Positions 48,900 to 58,450 of a DNA stretch of 64,000 nucleotides are shown piece after piece; within the stretch, counting starts at the first letter, position 1, and each line of letters starts with the position of its first letter. The notes below the pieces were generated by a model. That model was not told where the DNA came from. It saw only the letters and a list, made by a program, of their open reading frames with translations, and searched no databases. The stretch lies in sequence record NC_048170.1, one strand, 5' to 3'. Position numbers and translations under genes: made by a program.

Positions 48900-48917
48900 C
48901 TTCTTGAGGAATGTTAC

Positions 48918-51059
48918 ATGGGTATTCTTGTTCAAAACGCCCTAATTACCAAACAAGCGTTTTTATTACCAGGCGATAGCAGCACGCTTAGTGCCGACAT
49001 GATTAAAGCGAGACATACACCGTATTCCTACGATAACGTCGATGATACCACCTTAGGTGGGAACTGGGTGCTTAACCCACCGCCGCAATATACCAAATTT
49101 GCCGACATCAAAGAACGCCGACGTGCGGTTATGCCGGGATCAACGGGCATGGGTCGAGGCTATAGTGAAAGCATTAACAGCTTTAAAGAGGTCGTTACGT
49201 TACGATTCGGTAAACCTCGCTTTACAGGCGCAAGTATCTTCTTTACTGATTTCTACGATGCGGATGTTGCCGTAACGGTTAAAACCGGTCGCGATCCCGG
49301 TATCCTTTATTACGCAGCCAAAGCGTATACCACCGTTCTTTCTTACCTCACACCTCTACCCTACTTGTATATGGTTGGACGTATTGGTCGATATTTCCTG
49401 GGTAAGCCTACCAGTCAATATTACTATCAAGTACCAACCATGCATGTGTATTGGGCGTCTTTCCAGACGCTGGTAAACCAAACAGCGATAAACATGGGTC
49501 TTATCGCCGGTGCCGGTAAAGATAAAGGCTACGTGGAAGAAGGAGGTACCGTACTCCATCAATATTCAATCGGTGGTCAGAACGTTGAAGAATTCATCAA
49601 CTACGCGTCTAAGACGCTACCTGGGATTTATAAGAAAGGTGGTGGGATCGATATCTACCAGATTGCAACACGTCGTCAGCGTATACAGAACGCATGGGTA
49701 CGTCGTATTCAATCCATGATGGAAAACGATTACTCGTCTTACGAAGAATTCTGGAACGATCTTGATAAACGACTTGATAGCGGAGCGTTTCCATCGGATG
49801 TAACCGGCCGTACGCTAACGCAGTATCTCGCCGACACACAGAAGTCTGCTGTTTACAGCGCGACAGCTGGTGATAATAAACAAACGATGGACGACCTTTT
49901 ATTCGGAAGGGCCTCGTACACCAATAAAGATGCTGACGCCAACTTCAATGTCTCAGCGGCTACCTCCGACGGAGGTACGTCAACACAGAGTCAGGGTACA
50001 ACAGCCAATGTCGGTAATTCAACGTCAGGGACAACACAGGCTTCAACAGCAGCATCAACAGCTGGAGGCGCGAACGTACAGAGCAAAGGAATCGGGCAAA
50101 CGAACGCAGCCGAAGAAGCTACGTTTCTTGATCTGATGGATGCTGAATTGGCCGACGGTGCTCAGTTCATCAGTTTTCGAGTCGATTCTGTCACCAGTGT
50201 AACCGAAACGTTTTCAAACAGCGCTTCAGAAAGTTCTATCGCGCAGACGATGAACAGTCGTGCGCAAGCGAACATCGAACGTCGTTTCACCCTCTCCGGT
50301 GGTAATACCGGTTGGGCTGTACTGGACGAAGCCATCAAAGCCGGTTCCGACCTCGTCAATGGTGCTATTTCCGGGATGGGTCTGGATGGTATTTTTGGTG
50401 CCTTCATGGGTTCCGGCTTCGCTGACATTCCGAAATTCTATTCTGGTTCATCGGTAAGTCTTCCGCGTGCAGATCTGACGATGGAATTACGTTCCTGGAG
50501 TGGGGATCGCTGGTCGATCTTTACGAACCTCATGGTACCTCTTTTAGCGATCCTTGCAGGCGGTTTGCCTCAGGCTACCGGTAAATCGTCCTACGGGATG
50601 CCGTTCATGTGTGAGTGTTATATTCCCGGTAAAGTCCAGATTAAAATGGGCCTTATCGACAACATCACTGTGACGCGTCATGTTGGAAACGTGCCGTCAA
50701 CACGTGAGCGGTTACCGTTAGGCATCGATGTCAGCTTCAGTGTTTATGATCTGTCGTCCATCGTCGCAATGCCGATCACAACGACAGCCGCATCGATCGC
50801 AAAATTAGATCCTCGTGGCTTCTTAAGTGATCTTCTTGCTGACGATACTCCACTCAACAACTATCTTGCTGTGTTATCGGCATTGACGCTTACGGAACAA
50901 GTTTACATGATTCCGGATTTAAGTCGTCGCATGCATAAAACCATGGCTGATATCGATAGTTTCTGGAGCAAAGGTAATTTTGCTAGCTGGTTGTCTGACA
51001 CCATGCCTGGCAGGATAGCATCAGGGCTGTTATGGAAACGTACAGAACGACCGTTCTGA
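48918..51059 (+). CDS. Tail/baseplate protein (phiKZ gp182-like)
   Basis: 713 aa after the tape-measure gene; S/T/G/A-rich linker at about aa 340-400; C-terminal IDNITVTRHVG ... LGIDVSFSV resembles tube-initiator-type strands. Confidence 0.7.
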   Translation: MGILVQNALITKQAFLLPGDSSTLSADMIKARHTPYSYDNVDDTTLGGNWVLNPPPQYTKFADIKERRRAVMPGSTGMGRGYSESINSFKEVVTLRFGKPRFTGASIFFTDFYDADVAVTVKTGRDPGILYYAAKAYTTVLSYLTPLPYLYMVGRIGRYFLGKPTSQYYYQVPTMHVYWASFQTLVNQTAINMGLIAGAGKDKGYVEEGGTVLHQYSIGGQNVEEFINYASKTLPGIYKKGGGIDIYQIATRRQRIQNAWVRRIQSMMENDYSSYEEFWNDLDKRLDSGAFPSDVTGRTLTQYLADTQKSAVYSATAGDNKQTMDDLLFGRASYTNKDADANFNVSAATSDGGTSTQSQGTTANVGNSTSGTTQASTAASTAGGANVQSKGIGQTNAAEEATFLDLMDAELADGAQFISFRVDSVTSVTETFSNSASESSIAQTMNSRAQANIERRFTLSGGNTGWAVLDEAIKAGSDLVNGAISGMGLDGIFGAFMGSGFADIPKFYSGSSVSLPRADLTMELRSWSGDRWSIFTNLMVPLLAILAGGLPQATGKSSYGMPFMCECYIPGKVQIKMGLIDNITVTRHVGNVPSTRERLPLGIDVSFSVYDLSSIVAMPITTTAASIAKLDPRGFLSDLLADDTPLNNYLAVLSALTLTEQVYMIPDLSRRMHKTMADIDSFWSKGNFASWLSDTMPGRIASGLLWKRTERPF

Positions 51060-51068
51060 TATTCACTG

Positions 51069-51114
51069 CATAAACCCCCTCTCCCAACCCGTGAGGGAAG
51101 GGAGAGGGAATATG
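51069..51114. terminator. Bidirectional hairpin with flanking TATG
   Basis: CCCTCTCCC-AA-CCC-GTGA-GGG-AA-GGGAGAGGG at 51077-51108; TATG at 51111-14 (+) and 51072-69 (-). Confidence 0.78.
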
Positions 51115-52182
51115 TTAACCTAACGTTACCGTCGGTAAATCAGGATAAAGTTTCTTCAAGCCTGCCATCGTGGTGGTAGTTGTATAATTCTTACCCATTA
51201 CGGCGAGAGATGCGTATTTCCTACTGCGGGAGAAAAGAGAATAGAACCCACTGGATGTTTCCATCCACATCGTGAGGAGTTCTGCATCGTTACCGTGATA
51301 GTTCGTTTTACCCCATCCAGGTTTAAACGCATCAGCAAAATCAATTAAACGCGAGGCTTCAGCGTCGTATTCTTTAAGGGTAATGTACGATGGAATGCGG
51401 TAGTTACGAAACAGTAACGTAATGAGTTCAGGGACAACGCTACGGGCACGTTCAGCCGTGATAAGTTCGGTGATCACAGCAGCTGTACGGAAATCGCCGT
51501 TAAGACCAACGCTGCTTAACGATTCCGCTAAAGTGGTCGCCATCGCCACTTTATCCTCCGCTGACCCAGAGTCATACAGACTACGCACATCGATGTAGTT
51601 GCCTGCTAATGCGGCTTGACGAATCAACGATGTGACAACTGTCCGGTTCGTCTTATAGTCGTTGTAGCTGAATTCGGTTCGCGTTTTCCCTTGATCGTCG
51701 AGATACCGATCGACAATCGTCGACAGTTTATAATACTCATCGCCCGACATCAGACTATCGAGAAGCTTAACGTTTCCATCTTTATCAATAAGCTTCCCTA
51801 ACGCGCCATTGGATTGCTGGTTAATGGTGCTGTAAATCTGGTCTTTTACTTGCGATAGGATGTTATCGGTTGACGATATATTCAGGCCAGTAACATCTTT
51901 GATCTTATTCATCAACGCATTTTCATTCAGGGAGATTTTGCCTCCGCTGATATCGATGAAAGAATTAAGATCGCTTATGGAAATCAGGTTTCCTGTTAAC
52001 GCCGATAATGTACTATTGATACTGTTCGTAATACTGCTGCGAAAACTGGTTAACGCATCCGCCGCTGAAACAGCGGTACCGCTAACCGCTTTAAGGAGCG
52101 TATCACGCCCTGTCGAAAAGTCACTGGTGATGGTTTTGATCTTGGACGTATCTATACTCGGCAGTTTGTCGTAAAGACTCAT
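51115..52182 (-). CDS. Probable virion structural protein
   Basis: AGGAGG SD before ATG 52182 (the ORF track starts at 52233); S/T-rich helical protein. Confidence 0.7.
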   Translation of the reverse strand: MSLYDKLPSIDTSKIKTITSDFSTGRDTLLKAVSGTAVSAADALTSFRSSITNSINSTLSALTGNLISISDLNSFIDISGGKISLNENALMNKIKDVTGLNISSTDNILSQVKDQIYSTINQQSNGALGKLIDKDGNVKLLDSLMSGDEYYKLSTIVDRYLDDQGKTRTEFSYNDYKTNRTVVTSLIRQAALAGNYIDVRSLYDSGSAEDKVAMATTLAESLSSVGLNGDFRTAAVITELITAERARSVVPELITLLFRNYRIPSYITLKEYDAEASRLIDFADAFKPGWGKTNYHGNDAELLTMWMETSSGFYSLFSRSRKYASLAVMGKNYTTTTTMAGLKKLYPDLPTVTLG

Positions 52183-52210
52183 CACGTCCTCCTGAAAAAG
52201 AAAAAAGAAA

Positions 52211-52248
52211 TACGGCATAAAGCCTACCCACACAATGGTGGGTAGGCT
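52211..52248 (-). terminator. Hairpin plus TTATGCCGTA
   Basis: AGCCTACCCA(C)/(G)TGGGTAGGCT at 52221-52248; minus-strand TATG at 52219-16. Confidence 0.75.
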
Positions 52249-52264
52249 AAGATCAACATCGATG

Positions 52265-52777
52265 TTAAACTTCTTCGTTTTCTGAACCTAACGATTCAGC
52301 ATCTGGATCGTCAACAGGAATTGTTGCATCAAAATACCGTTTCGTATGCGTGGTTGTATATCCTACGCTATCTGTGATGGAAATCGTAAACGTGACTTCC
52401 CTTGCACGGATTAAGCGTAGTTTATTCATGAAGTTACGGAACGGCATCGATCCCCGATTCAACTCCTTAATGACGTTTCCTCGAATACTGGAAATGTCTT
52501 TATTCGTTTTATCAGGATGTCGTTTCTTCACATCACGCATATGTCGGGTAATATACGAATTGAGCTGATTTGCGCCGATCCCTCTCTCCGTATAAATCTG
52601 CAACAGGAACTCCGTAAGGAAATCCTGTCTACCCGTAGGCGTCCAGAAATTGTTACCGTGATGGTAGTTAGTCGCTCGTCCTCGATTGCTTTGAGGATTT
52701 TCATCATCGCTTTCATCACGACGCTTAAGCGGATTAATGCGTGCGCGGAAAGAGACTTCATTATATTTATTTGTCAT
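52265..52777 (-). CDS. Hypothetical basic protein
   Basis: ATGA overlap at 52777-74. The ORF track extends to 52903. Confidence 0.7.
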   Translation of the reverse strand: MTNKYNEVSFRARINPLKRRDESDDENPQSNRGRATNYHHGNNFWTPTGRQDFLTEFLLQIYTERGIGANQLNSYITRHMRDVKKRHPDKTNKDISSIRGNVIKELNRGSMPFRNFMNKLRLIRAREVTFTISITDSVGYTTTHTKRYFDATIPVDDPDAESLGSENEEV

Positions 52778-53289
52778 AATACACCAGTGTACTGACTGAG
52801 TGCGAAGGTTAGGAGTTCGCAACAGTCTCTCGCTAGTTTCCTTGTTTTGCGTAATCCATAAGCCGCATCCAAATCGTCCCGTTCCGCCAGCGCGTCTAAC
52901 CACGTCGCAAGTATGCGTCCATACTCGATAACGTCGCGCATGAGAACGTCGAACTGGATAACACGACCATCGGCATCAGCAAGCCAACGATTGAATGTGA
53001 TTTGTGGTGCTAGTATTGCATATGTTCTCTCCTCTAATGCGATTATGTTTATGTTGCCTTCGTTATCGAACGCTTGATGCCAACGGCGAAGGTCAAGCAT
53101 CAACGACTCAGCGTCCATATACCACAACGGTAAATACGTTTTACGTGCAACGCGTATATCGTAGATGTTGTGAACCCAGGACGTTGTTTTGTAAAGCAAC
53201 AAGAGTTCGTTTAACCGTTGCCTATCATCTTGAAACGTCTTCCTTTTATAACGCTGGAACGCACGCCTCAAGAAAAAGCGATGTAACAT
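52774..53289 (-). CDS. Hypothetical protein
   Basis: 171 aa; AGGTG SD. Confidence 0.7.
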   Translation of the reverse strand: MLHRFFLRRAFQRYKRKTFQDDRQRLNELLLLYKTTSWVHNIYDIRVARKTYLPLWYMDAESLMLDLRRWHQAFDNEGNINIIALEERTYAILAPQITFNRWLADADGRVIQFDVLMRDVIEYGRILATWLDALAERDDLDAAYGLRKTRKLARDCCELLTFALSQYTGVL

Positions 53290-53380
53290 GGCATCACCTA
53301 TGTATCATTCTTGCAGGCATCAATGAAGCCATCACAAGAAGGTAACGTTATACGTCGCCTTCATGACAGTCATCATGAAG

Positions 53381-53405
53381 GTAATATAGTCCTGTTATTT
53401 TTTTC
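53381..53405 (-). promoter_or_regulatory. Candidate early promoter TATATTAC
   Basis: aaaaaaataacaggac-TATATTAC (53388-53381), about 90 nt upstream of 53289. Confidence 0.55.
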
Positions 53406-53422
53406 AATACGGAGAATGTAAA

Positions 53423-54052
53423 ATGAGCGAATATGGTGTTGCCCCCGTAGATGATGAACCGCAAGAAGCACCTGATAAATTCGAGGTCCGTCTTGACGAA
53501 ACCCGTAATATCCGCCAACGATTTATTCAACGCCTTGAAATGCTATTAGATAGCGAATTCAAAGATTTCGAGCGTAATCCTGGCGCTGATAACAAAGCCA
53601 TCGTCGACGTCGAAAACGTCGACCGAATAGGTAAGCTGTTGTTGAAATCGTTGGGCGATAACGACAAAGTCGACTTAACGTTGAAACGTATCAGTGCCGA
53701 CCAGGCCATGAACGACAGCGCGTTGAAAACAGCACAAGCCCTAACCGAAACCATGCTGCGCCGCTTAGGTCAGATGGATCAACATCCTCTCGCAGCAGGG
53801 GCTGTTTATGAAGGCGAAGTCGTGAAGCCAGTCACACCTGAAGAACGTGATCGTCGACTTGGTTTTGCGTCATTGGAAGAGTTCGATAGTAAGGAGTTTT
53901 CACCAGGCGTTCTCATCCAGGGACGTGTCGAAGAAACCAGTGATGCTTTCTACGCTAGAATGGCTCAACTGACGGCGTCGGTTCGTGAGGAGGTATCTCA
54001 GAAGATGGCTGCAGACCATCAGTCTTCGGAGGCGTCACACGAGGAGGAATAA
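53423..54052 (+). CDS. Hypothetical acidic protein
   Basis: 209 aa; GGAG SD. Confidence 0.75.
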   Translation: MSEYGVAPVDDEPQEAPDKFEVRLDETRNIRQRFIQRLEMLLDSEFKDFERNPGADNKAIVDVENVDRIGKLLLKSLGDNDKVDLTLKRISADQAMNDSALKTAQALTETMLRRLGQMDQHPLAAGAVYEGEVVKPVTPEERDRRLGFASLEEFDSKEFSPGVLIQGRVEETSDAFYARMAQLTASVREEVSQKMAADHQSSEASHEEE

Positions 54053-54743
54053 AATAACTGAACCATTTTATTCCAAAGAACCGCATGAACATCACAGGTG
54101 CGTTAGAAAGTTCGATTGCTTCGTAAAGTTTATCATAAGCCAGATCGGAATCAGGGATGGTTTCACTGATTCGTCTGGCTACAACCAATACGTTACAAAT
54201 CGGATTGTCTTCTAACAGCATCTGATTGGGGAGGTGCCAGCGTTTGAAATCGTAAAAGAACATCGCATTATACGTCTTACGGATTTCTGACGGATGCAGT
54301 GTGGCCGGATGACGGTAAATAATCTCAACGCTATCTTGCGCGCCGAGGTATTGCTGGATGCCTTCTTTTAACGCAATTGCAGCATCTCCCACAAATTCAA
54401 ACGGGTACGTATTCACATGAACCGAAAAATCCGGTGCAGCAATCCCTGTCAAGCGGTCTTTCATGTAGTCCGCTACCACGTAACATAATCGCCACATCAA
54501 CTCCGTCGGAATGCATTTATCGAGAATGGTTTCATCGATATTTGCCAACGCACCCTTAAACTCTTCGTAAGTGTAAGTAACACCCGCCTGCTTCTCCGGC
54601 TCCAGGTTATAGGGTCGGTAATGCCATTTCTTCCCCCACTTTCTGATAGCCTCCGGATCCAACGTTGTTGCTACCGCCATTTCGATATCAAGCAGCGCCT
54701 CGAGTTCTACGTACACCGTCACTAACGCCGCACTTCCAATCAT
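53955..54743 (-). CDS. Hypothetical protein, possibly a degenerate HAD-like fold
   Basis: 262 aa; VYVELEALLD resembles a HAD motif I strand without the DxD. Confidence 0.65.
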   Translation of the reverse strand: MIGSAALVTVYVELEALLDIEMAVATTLDPEAIRKWGKKWHYRPYNLEPEKQAGVTYTYEEFKGALANIDETILDKCIPTELMWRLCYVVADYMKDRLTGIAAPDFSVHVNTYPFEFVGDAAIALKEGIQQYLGAQDSVEIIYRHPATLHPSEIRKTYNAMFFYDFKRWHLPNQMLLEDNPICNVLVVARRISETIPDSDLAYDKLYEAIELSNAPVMFMRFFGIKWFSYFIPPRVTPPKTDGLQPSSEIPPHEPTPSVEPF

Positions 54744-55447
54744 CGTTGCTCTCCAGCTTCACCGGTTAACATCTGCATATCGGGAGACGTTTTAATTTTC
54801 TTCTCGTACTCTTTTGTTTGTTTGAATACCAACTCACCGATTTCTTCCAATTCTTCAACGGTGACGGTATGCAAATAAAGCAACGGAATAATCCAGGTAT
54901 TCGCACGAAGCATATCCCGAATATCATCAACGGTGGGTAATTCCGTAAAGAACTGTTCGTCTACCGCGAATAAATCCCGGGCGATACCATCCACCAGTTT
55001 ATGATTGCTTTCATGGATCCATGCAAAACTTCCAGCAAGATGATCGATAAGTATATCGATATCATCGACCGTTGAGAACACTGTACGGCGAACATGCGTT
55101 GTGAGGTCCATCGTAAAACCCATTAACGAAGGGGTTTCCTCAGAACGGAGTTCACGCCAAAGACGGATCATGTTTTCAGGGATAAACAAATCATGGATGA
55201 ACGTCACACTGAATTTCGTAACCCAGTCACGAATTGTTGCCCCTTTGGAATATTGTTGCGGCGGGGAATACAAATACACCCAGCGTTTTGTGTACGCGAT
55301 AACTTCCTTTCGCATCGCTGCATCTAAAACAAGCACGTAACGATCGGAAGCAAGCTCTTCTAATAAAAGCTCGAACGCGGTATCACTCTCTGGGGAGAAC
55401 GATCGTTTTATTTCTGCGATACGTCGTGATAACCGACCACGTAACAT
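54740..55447 (-). CDS. Hypothetical protein
   Basis: 235 aa; ATGA overlap with the next gene. Confidence 0.7.
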   Translation of the reverse strand: MLRGRLSRRIAEIKRSFSPESDTAFELLLEELASDRYVLVLDAAMRKEVIAYTKRWVYLYSPPQQYSKGATIRDWVTKFSVTFIHDLFIPENMIRLWRELRSEETPSLMGFTMDLTTHVRRTVFSTVDDIDILIDHLAGSFAWIHESNHKLVDGIARDLFAVDEQFFTELPTVDDIRDMLRANTWIIPLLYLHTVTVEELEEIGELVFKQTKEYEKKIKTSPDMQMLTGEAGEQR

Positions 55448-55449
55448 AA

Positions 55450-56124
55450 TTAGCCCTCATCAAGGTTATTCTGGAGATGCATCGCGGTGAGGATAACGCC
55501 AACCGCCGAAACCGATTTTGCCTTGCTGTCTTCAGGGAGCTGCTCCAAGCTTACGGTACCTGTTTCTAACAGCATGCGGTTCATCGCGTTGAACTTCTTA
55601 TCGTCACCACCACGAGCCTGCATCAGTTCTCGGTTCACGTTCGGCATCGAGCGTCCTAACGTTGCTTGCATTTCCGGCTGACTCCAAGTGGAACCTTTAC
55701 TATCACCCGTCGGCTGATTGGTGAGCTGGTCCTTGGTGTTGTTGTTTTTCGGAATCGATATTTTAGCACTCAACGTTTCGGCTTGTCGGCGGTTTGGAAT
55801 CAAGTACAATCTGGTTGGACGGTCACGAAGCACCAGTTGTCCTGTTTTCTGGTCGGTGAGGTAAATACGCTGGAAGAAAGGGAAACCGTATTTCTTACCG
55901 ACTTCCAACGCACGTTTTATCGTCACCTCGTTTTTGTTCATGTTGGGTACCCAGATGGGTAGAATCTCTTTCTTATCCCGACATAAACGCATATAGGCAT
56001 CAAACGTCTCATCATCGATTTCAGCAAAACGTTTTTTGTAAATAGCGTAAGTCGGGCTCGATTCACCCACCAGGTCTTTGATATACCCAAGAATGAATTT
56101 TTCTGCTGCAGCGCGGTTGGACAT
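55450..56124 (-). CDS. Virion RNA polymerase beta C-terminal subunit (SPN3US gp218 / phiKZ gp149-like)
   Basis: LTDQKTG ... DQLTNQPTGDSKGSTWSQPEMQAT ... RELMQARGGD parallels RpoB LYDGRTG ... SLVTQQPLGGK ... GEMEVWAL ... QEMLTVKSDD. Confidence 0.8.
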   Translation of the reverse strand: MSNRAAAEKFILGYIKDLVGESSPTYAIYKKRFAEIDDETFDAYMRLCRDKKEILPIWVPNMNKNEVTIKRALEVGKKYGFPFFQRIYLTDQKTGQLVLRDRPTRLYLIPNRRQAETLSAKISIPKNNNTKDQLTNQPTGDSKGSTWSQPEMQATLGRSMPNVNRELMQARGGDDKKFNAMNRMLLETGTVSLEQLPEDSKAKSVSAVGVILTAMHLQNNLDEG

Positions 56125-56133
56125 AAACGTCTC

Positions 56134-56532
56134 CTATTGTCGTGTCTGTTGCGGAAATACCCGAAACACCTGGACAATGATGTTCTTGTCCTCGCGGTTG
56201 GCGATGTCGATCATGTGTTTTGTTCCAGGACTTTTGAAATCCCAGAACGCAATTAAATGCGTAATGACATCGCCCATCCACTCATTGCGTCTGAATCCAG
56301 CACCTTTACGATAAGGGCCATCCCAATCGGCAGGAAACGTGGTGTATTTAAACCCGTAATCCTTCGCATAGCGGCGCACGTGCAAATCAGCACCTGAACG
56401 CGCACCGCCAGCAATGAGATGAACTTTGTCGTGAGGGAGGTTATGTAACATCTGGTTCATACGCTTTTCGAACAAGGGATAATCATCCCAGTAGCGTGAT
56501 CCTGATACCCCTACACGATAGGGTTCGCTTAT
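56134..56532 (-). CDS. SLOG-superfamily (DUF2493/YspA-like) protein with no canonical start before its first conserved strand
   Basis: In-frame upstream extension reads ISEPYRVGVSGSRYWDDY, then IAGGARSGAD, FPADWD, GAGFRRNEWM, LIAFWD, SPGTKHMI. Confidence 0.75.
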   Translation of the reverse strand: MSEPYRVGVSGSRYWDDYPLFEKRMNQMLHNLPHDKVHLIAGGARSGADLHVRRYAKDYGFKYTTFPADWDGPYRKGAGFRRNEWMGDVITHLIAFWDFKSPGTKHMIDIANREDKNIIVQVFRVFPQQTRQ

Positions 56533-56849
56533 CTTCCACCGCGCAATGACTTTACGTTGCGTGCGATAAAGGGTGCAACGTAATCACGGAAATTATGGAT
56601 CCATCCTTTAATGGGTTGGTTGTCTAGTAAGCACTCACGTACCGAAAACGTACTTACTTCTAATACGCCGAACTGTAGTCGCCAATAGCGATTGATTTCA
56701 GCTTGGGTATGTTCTAATGTCATGTACTCAGGAACACGAGCCAATAGGTCGTGTTTAAATTGCTCAGCAATCGCTGGTTGATGTGACGCAATTGTCTGCG
56801 TGATAACATCAATCAGTTCATGCGCATGCTTGATAGCAGGTGCGGTCAT
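56529..56849 (-). CDS. Hypothetical protein
   Basis: 106-aa ORF in the recA operon. Confidence 0.7.
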   Translation of the reverse strand: MTAPAIKHAHELIDVITQTIASHQPAIAEQFKHDLLARVPEYMTLEHTQAEINRYWRLQFGVLEVSTFSVRECLLDNQPIKGWIHNFRDYVAPFIARNVKSLRGGR

Positions 56850-56861
56850 TTATTTAGCCTT

Positions 56862-58352
56862 TTATTTTTTACTCGGACGATTCAATGCGGGTACCGGGTT
56901 CTTTGGTTGCTTTGTCTTTTCATCCATCCAGTACGGGAAGTACTCACCGGTACGCATACGCAATAAGTCCATTGTGGACAGGAACGGCAGTGGGTTAGGA
57001 TCGTCCAAATACGTCCAGTAACCACGCGTGTTTAACAATACATCCCAATCGAAACCTTTTGCTTTAAGATCGTCGTACAGTTCCTGTGGGGTGCAATACA
57101 GCTGTGGGTTTTCGTAAACCTCTTGACGCCAGAGATTATGCATCTGACACAGCTCCGACGTGATTTCCAGAGCACGCTGTAAATACTCATCCTCTTCGCA
57201 AAGAGAACGAATGGTCGTACGCTGCAACGCAACATCCGGATAAATATCCAAATATACCGTTGAAGCACCATCAGCTGATTTACCACCTGACGCATGCATA
57301 CCCCAACCACGCATCCAATCTTTATCGCGCAGGTAGTGGTATTCCGTTAATGATGGTTTAACCCCTTCGCTCTGACTAACCACAATCGGGAACGGTAAGC
57401 CGGTGGGTCCGTTTTTAGCACGCATGTTGAAGACTTGAATCAACTGCAGATCGGTATCCCCGATAAGGTTGTCACCAGGCCCACGCGGATAAAGGACGCG
57501 TTTATCGGCGTTCTGAAGAATCGTCAGTTTATCGATTTTCCAGAGGTTATTCGTATAAAACGTGAAGCGTTCCGGGACGTTCTTAAACTTCTCATCGCCC
57601 TTAAACCCTTTCAGTTTTCGTACCGGCTGCTGTCCAGGCATACCACCGACGTTTACACCATCACCAAGGTGGGCAGTCATGGTAATGTAGATACCCGCCG
57701 ACGCTGTGAGTACTGGCATCTGTGATAAAATCTGGCTTTTCGCTGCTGCGGAACGCATCGCTTCAGCATTCAGTTTTGCACCACCAGCGGTTTCTTTATC
57801 GAACAATGCATCAACAGCATCGATTGGTAACCCAGAGAAACTGTCGATGAGTACAACGGTCGGCAACCACCAGGTATAGTTCTCACCGTGTTTATTAATA
57901 AACGGAACGGCTTTGCGTTGAGATTTATCTTTGACCTTGTCGTCACGGAATTTCTTAATCGCATCAAACCAAATGTTACCGCTCATCTGAACAGCATCGG
58001 TGATAAACACACGTTCTTCTTCGAAAAGATCGACACCTGCGATATTAGACATGTTCATCGCAAGCGTTAAGATACGTGTTGTCGTTAACGACATTTCTGT
58101 GTCGTAAACGCTACTATTGCTGTTTGCGTAACGATCGATAACGCGTAACAAGCGAAACATTATGAACGTGGTTTTGTTCATGTTGCCGCGAGCGCCTGCG
58201 CCCTCAACAAGCATCATGCCGCCATTACAAATGCTTTCACCGTGTTTACCGACATAGTACCGACCACCAGATGTGGGAATATCCATTAAGCAACCAATGT
58301 TGAGATTAAAACGCATCTCTTCACCAGGAGAAAGGTACTTATTAAGATTCAT
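56862..58352 (-). CDS. uvsX: RecA/UvsX-like recombinase (phiKZ gp152-like)
   Basis: 496 aa; P-loop GARGNMNKTT, YDTEMS, Walker B VVLIDSFS, ITMTAHLG. Confidence 0.82.
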   Translation of the reverse strand: MNLNKYLSPGEEMRFNLNIGCLMDIPTSGGRYYVGKHGESICNGGMMLVEGAGARGNMNKTTFIMFRLLRVIDRYANSNSSVYDTEMSLTTTRILTLAMNMSNIAGVDLFEEERVFITDAVQMSGNIWFDAIKKFRDDKVKDKSQRKAVPFINKHGENYTWWLPTVVLIDSFSGLPIDAVDALFDKETAGGAKLNAEAMRSAAAKSQILSQMPVLTASAGIYITMTAHLGDGVNVGGMPGQQPVRKLKGFKGDEKFKNVPERFTFYTNNLWKIDKLTILQNADKRVLYPRGPGDNLIGDTDLQLIQVFNMRAKNGPTGLPFPIVVSQSEGVKPSLTEYHYLRDKDWMRGWGMHASGGKSADGASTVYLDIYPDVALQRTTIRSLCEEDEYLQRALEITSELCQMHNLWRQEVYENPQLYCTPQELYDDLKAKGFDWDVLLNTRGYWTYLDDPNPLPFLSTMDLLRMRTGEYFPYWMDEKTKQPKNPVPALNRPSKK

Positions 58353-58450
58353 TGGGTAAAGACTCCTTCGATTCTTCGACTAATTCTTAGTGTTCAGAGA
58401 ATAACTATTTTTAGTTAAGACTGACAACCGCTATTTCCACGAGGACAATC

